Of a stretch of DNA of 19,476 nucleotides, positions 16,913 to 19,476 are shown one piece after another. The position numbers and the translations under genes are program-made. The notes beneath the pieces are model-generated. The model did no database searches and was not told the origin of the DNA. It worked only from the letters and a program-made list of their open reading frames with translations. How positions within the stretch are numbered: position 1 is the stretch's first letter; every line of letters starts with the position of its first letter. This DNA is from Candidatus Zixiibacteriota bacterium (GTDB taxonomy: Bacteria > Zixibacteria > MSB-5A5 > GN15 > FEB-12): the NCBI GenBank assembly GCA_041742355.1, contig JBGSIV010000055.1, positions 1-19,476 of the forward strand, given 5' to 3'.

Positions 16913-16985
16913 GGTGCGCAAGAGGCAATTGGCTCTCGCGCTCCAAACATGATAATGTGAACCTATCAACATAAGCGGTCAGTAA

Positions 16986-18773
16986 ATGAGAGAACTTTTA
17001 TCTGGAAATGAAGCGATCGCCCGGGGTGCTTTCGAAGCCGGGGTTCGACTGGCGGCGGCCTACCCGGGAACGCCATCGACCGAGATTCTCGAGACCCTCG
17101 CCGAGCGCTTCCCCTCTATCTACTCCCAGTGGTCGCCGAACGAAAAGGTCGCCTACGAGGTCGGCATCGGTTCTTCACTGGGCGGCGCCCGGACGATCGT
17201 GACGATGAAGCACGTCGGCCTCAATGTCGCTGCCGACCCCTTCATGACTCACGCCTACACCGGGGTGAACGCCGGATTCGTGATCGTTTCGGCCGATGAC
17301 CCGGAAATGCACTCCTCGCAGAATGAGCAGGATAACCGGTACTTCGCGAAGTTCGCCGCCGTGCCAATGCTGGAGCCCGCGGATTCCCAGGAATCCAAAG
17401 ACATGACAGTCACGGCGCTGGAACTATCCGAGATCTTCGATACCCCCGTCCTGTTGCGCGTGACCACGCGTATCTCGCACAGCAAGGGGATTGTCGAACT
17501 GGGGGATCCCGTTGCCGGACCGAAAAAGAAGTTCGTGAAGGACGCCGCCAAGTATGTCATGATCCCGGCCCACGCCAAGCGCCGCCACATCGTCGTTGCC
17601 GAGCGCCTCGAAAAGCTCCGGAAGTTTTCTGAAGAGACGCCGATGAACAGCATCGAGACCAACGGATCTCGCATCGGCATCATCACGGGTGGCGTTTCCT
17701 ACCAGTACGCCAAGGAAGTCATGCCCGAGGCGGACTACCTCAAGCTGGGCATGAGCTATCCGCTGCCGCTGAAGAAGATCGCCGCGTTCGTCGCGGCCCA
17801 CGACCGCGTGCTCCTGATCGAAGAACTTGAGCCGTTCTACGAAGAGCAGATCAAGGCGGCCGGTATCAAGGTGGAAGGGAAGGAGTTTTTCGGCATTCAG
17901 GGTGAGCTGTCGCCTCATCGGGTGGCCGAAGGTCTCCATTCGGCGGGTGTGATCGAAAAGCCGGGAGCGGCGGAAATCCCGCCTGTCGCCGATATGTTCC
18001 CGCGTCCGCCGGCGCTCTGCCCCGGCTGCCCCCACCGCGGCGCCTTTATGGCCCTGCGCAAACTCGGCGTGGCGGTAACCGGTGATATCGGCTGCTATAC
18101 GCTCGGGGCGCTGCAGCCGCTCAAGGCGCTCGATTCCTGTATCTGCATGGGCGCCTCGATCGGCAATGCCATCGGCATGGAGAAGGTCCAGGGGTACGAA
18201 AAGGGCGTGGTAGCCGTGATCGGCGACTCGACTTTCCTGCACTCCGGCGTAACCGGCCTGATGGATGCCGTCTACAACCGAAGCAACGTGACGGTCATAA
18301 TACTCGACAACCGGGCCACGGCGATGACCGGCGGACAGATGCACCCCGGCACGGGTAAGACCCTCATGGGCCAGCCCGCGCATGAGATCGATATCCGCGC
18401 GCTGGTCAAAGCGCTCGGCGTGAAAAACTACCGCGAAGGCGATGCCTACGACTACGAGGGGATGCAGGAGATCATAAAGGAAGAGGTTGCCAAACCGGGA
18501 CCCTCGGTGATTCACACCACGCGCCCGTGCGTCCTGATGCCCAAACGCATCATGGATGAGCCGTATGTGATCGATGCCGAGCTGTGCAACGCCTGCGGCG
18601 TCTGCTTCAAGTTATCCTGCCCCGCGATCGCAGCCTCCGAAGAGACAACCGAAAAGGGCCGTCCCAAAGCGACGATCGACACGACCCTGTGCACCGGCTG
18701 CACGCTCTGCGCCCAGGTCTGCCCGACCGAGGCGATCCTGCTGCAGAGCCAGTTTGCGAAAGAGAAGGTGTGA
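16986..18773 (+). CDS. iorA: indolepyruvate:ferredoxin oxidoreductase alpha subunit
   Basis: 'LSGNEAIARGA…AYPGTPSTEI', 'MKHVGLNVAADP', 'PPALCPGCPHR', 'GDIGCY', TPP motif 'IGDSTFLHSG…LDN', and C-terminal 2x[4Fe-4S] motifs CNACGVC and CTGCTLCAQVCP. Confidence 0.97.
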   Translation: MRELLSGNEAIARGAFEAGVRLAAAYPGTPSTEILETLAERFPSIYSQWSPNEKVAYEVGIGSSLGGARTIVTMKHVGLNVAADPFMTHAYTGVNAGFVIVSADDPEMHSSQNEQDNRYFAKFAAVPMLEPADSQESKDMTVTALELSEIFDTPVLLRVTTRISHSKGIVELGDPVAGPKKKFVKDAAKYVMIPAHAKRRHIVVAERLEKLRKFSEETPMNSIETNGSRIGIITGGVSYQYAKEVMPEADYLKLGMSYPLPLKKIAAFVAAHDRVLLIEELEPFYEEQIKAAGIKVEGKEFFGIQGELSPHRVAEGLHSAGVIEKPGAAEIPPVADMFPRPPALCPGCPHRGAFMALRKLGVAVTGDIGCYTLGALQPLKALDSCICMGASIGNAIGMEKVQGYEKGVVAVIGDSTFLHSGVTGLMDAVYNRSNVTVIILDNRATAMTGGQMHPGTGKTLMGQPAHEIDIRALVKALGVKNYREGDAYDYEGMQEIIKEEVAKPGPSVIHTTRPCVLMPKRIMDEPYVIDAELCNACGVCFKLSCPAIAASEETTEKGRPKATIDTTLCTGCTLCAQVCPTEAILLQSQFAKEKV

Positions 18774-18775
18774 CG

Positions 18776-19378
18776 ATGAACAATCCCAACTATGCCATAC
18801 TGATCGTGGGGGTCGGCGGACAGGGCGTGCTCCTCGCCTCCGAGATTATCTCGGAAGTCGCCATGCAGGCCGGGTTCGACGTCAAGAAATCCGAAGTCCA
18901 CGGCATGTCGCAGCGCGGCGGGGTCGTCACGTCCCACGTCAAGATCGCTCCCAAAGTCTTCGCTCCGACTATCGGCTACGGTACCGCCGATGTCCTTCTG
19001 GCGTTCGAACAGGCCGAAGGCCTACGGGCGATCGACTGGATGAAGAAGACCGGCGTGGCTATCGTCTCGGAGACTCAGCTTATACCCGCCATCGTGACGT
19101 CATCGAAGGACTTCACCTACCCGCACGATGCCATCGCCGAGATGCGCAAGCTGGCCCCGAAGGTGATCGGTGTAGCGGCTGATCGAATCGCCGGCGAACT
19201 GGGCAATCCGCGGCTGGTGAATACGATCCTGCTCGGAGTCATGTCCAACTACCTGCCATTCAGCCTCGAGCTCTGGCAGGAAGCGATCAGGGCGCGCGTG
19301 AAAGAGAAGTTCGTGCCGGTCAATCTCCAGGCGTTCGACCGCGGACGCCAGGTGAAACTGGCCGCGGTATCGATCTAA
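18776..19378 (+). CDS. iorB: indolepyruvate:ferredoxin oxidoreductase beta subunit
   Basis: 'GVGGQGVLLAS' and 'KKSEVHGMSQRGGVVTSHV'. The ATG at 18776 lies two nt after the iorA stop. Confidence 0.95.
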   Translation: MNNPNYAILIVGVGGQGVLLASEIISEVAMQAGFDVKKSEVHGMSQRGGVVTSHVKIAPKVFAPTIGYGTADVLLAFEQAEGLRAIDWMKKTGVAIVSETQLIPAIVTSSKDFTYPHDAIAEMRKLAPKVIGVAADRIAGELGNPRLVNTILLGVMSNYLPFSLELWQEAIRARVKEKFVPVNLQAFDRGRQVKLAAVSI

Positions 19379-19396
19379 GCTTCCTGCGGAGATCGT

Positions 19397-19476
19397 ATGG
19401 CGCAGAAAATGATAATCATCAATCCCGGTTCGACCTCGACCAAGGTCGCCCTGTTCGACGGCGATGACCGGCTCGG
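19397..19476 (+). CDS. buk: butyrate kinase (5' end only, truncated by the window)
   Basis: GGAG SD, then MAQKMIIINPGSTSTKVALFDGDDRL; NPGSTSTK is the butyrate kinase N-terminal motif. Confidence 0.85.
   Translation, partial: MAQKMIIINPGSTSTKVALFDGDDRL

Noticed and set aside
18584..18775. N-terminal extension of IorB in the ORF track (also the extensions of sufT, the Rieske gene, ycxB and the barrel gene)
   Set aside because: They overlap upstream genes or lack an SD; family homology begins at the downstream starts chosen.

Overview
GC-rich bacterial window. Most of it is ordinary housekeeping DNA. Minus strand: a CelD/BcsL-type GNAT gene, a four-gene MacAB/FtsX-type ABC exporter (adaptor, ATPase, two permeases), a complete SUF Fe-S assembly operon (Rrf2 regulator-sufC-sufB-sufD-Rieske ferredoxin-sufS-sufU-sufT) and two secreted hypothetical proteins. 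Plus strand: a YcxB-like gene and iorA-iorB-buk (truncated), behind a promoter with Rex-like operators. The unusual part is the ~1.25 kb intergenic stretch at 137-1390. It begins with a cluster of GTAG-type REP-like palindromes. It then has nine same-strand copies of a 13-bp motif (AAACGAACCCAAT), each followed by a hairpin (usually GTAG-led, from several sequence families, with compensatory stem changes) and often a purine-rich tail. The result is a repeat-plus-variable-hairpin cassette array. It is not a CRISPR, and no RAYT or cas gene lies in the window. All calls come from reading the sequence and motifs by eye; no searches were run.
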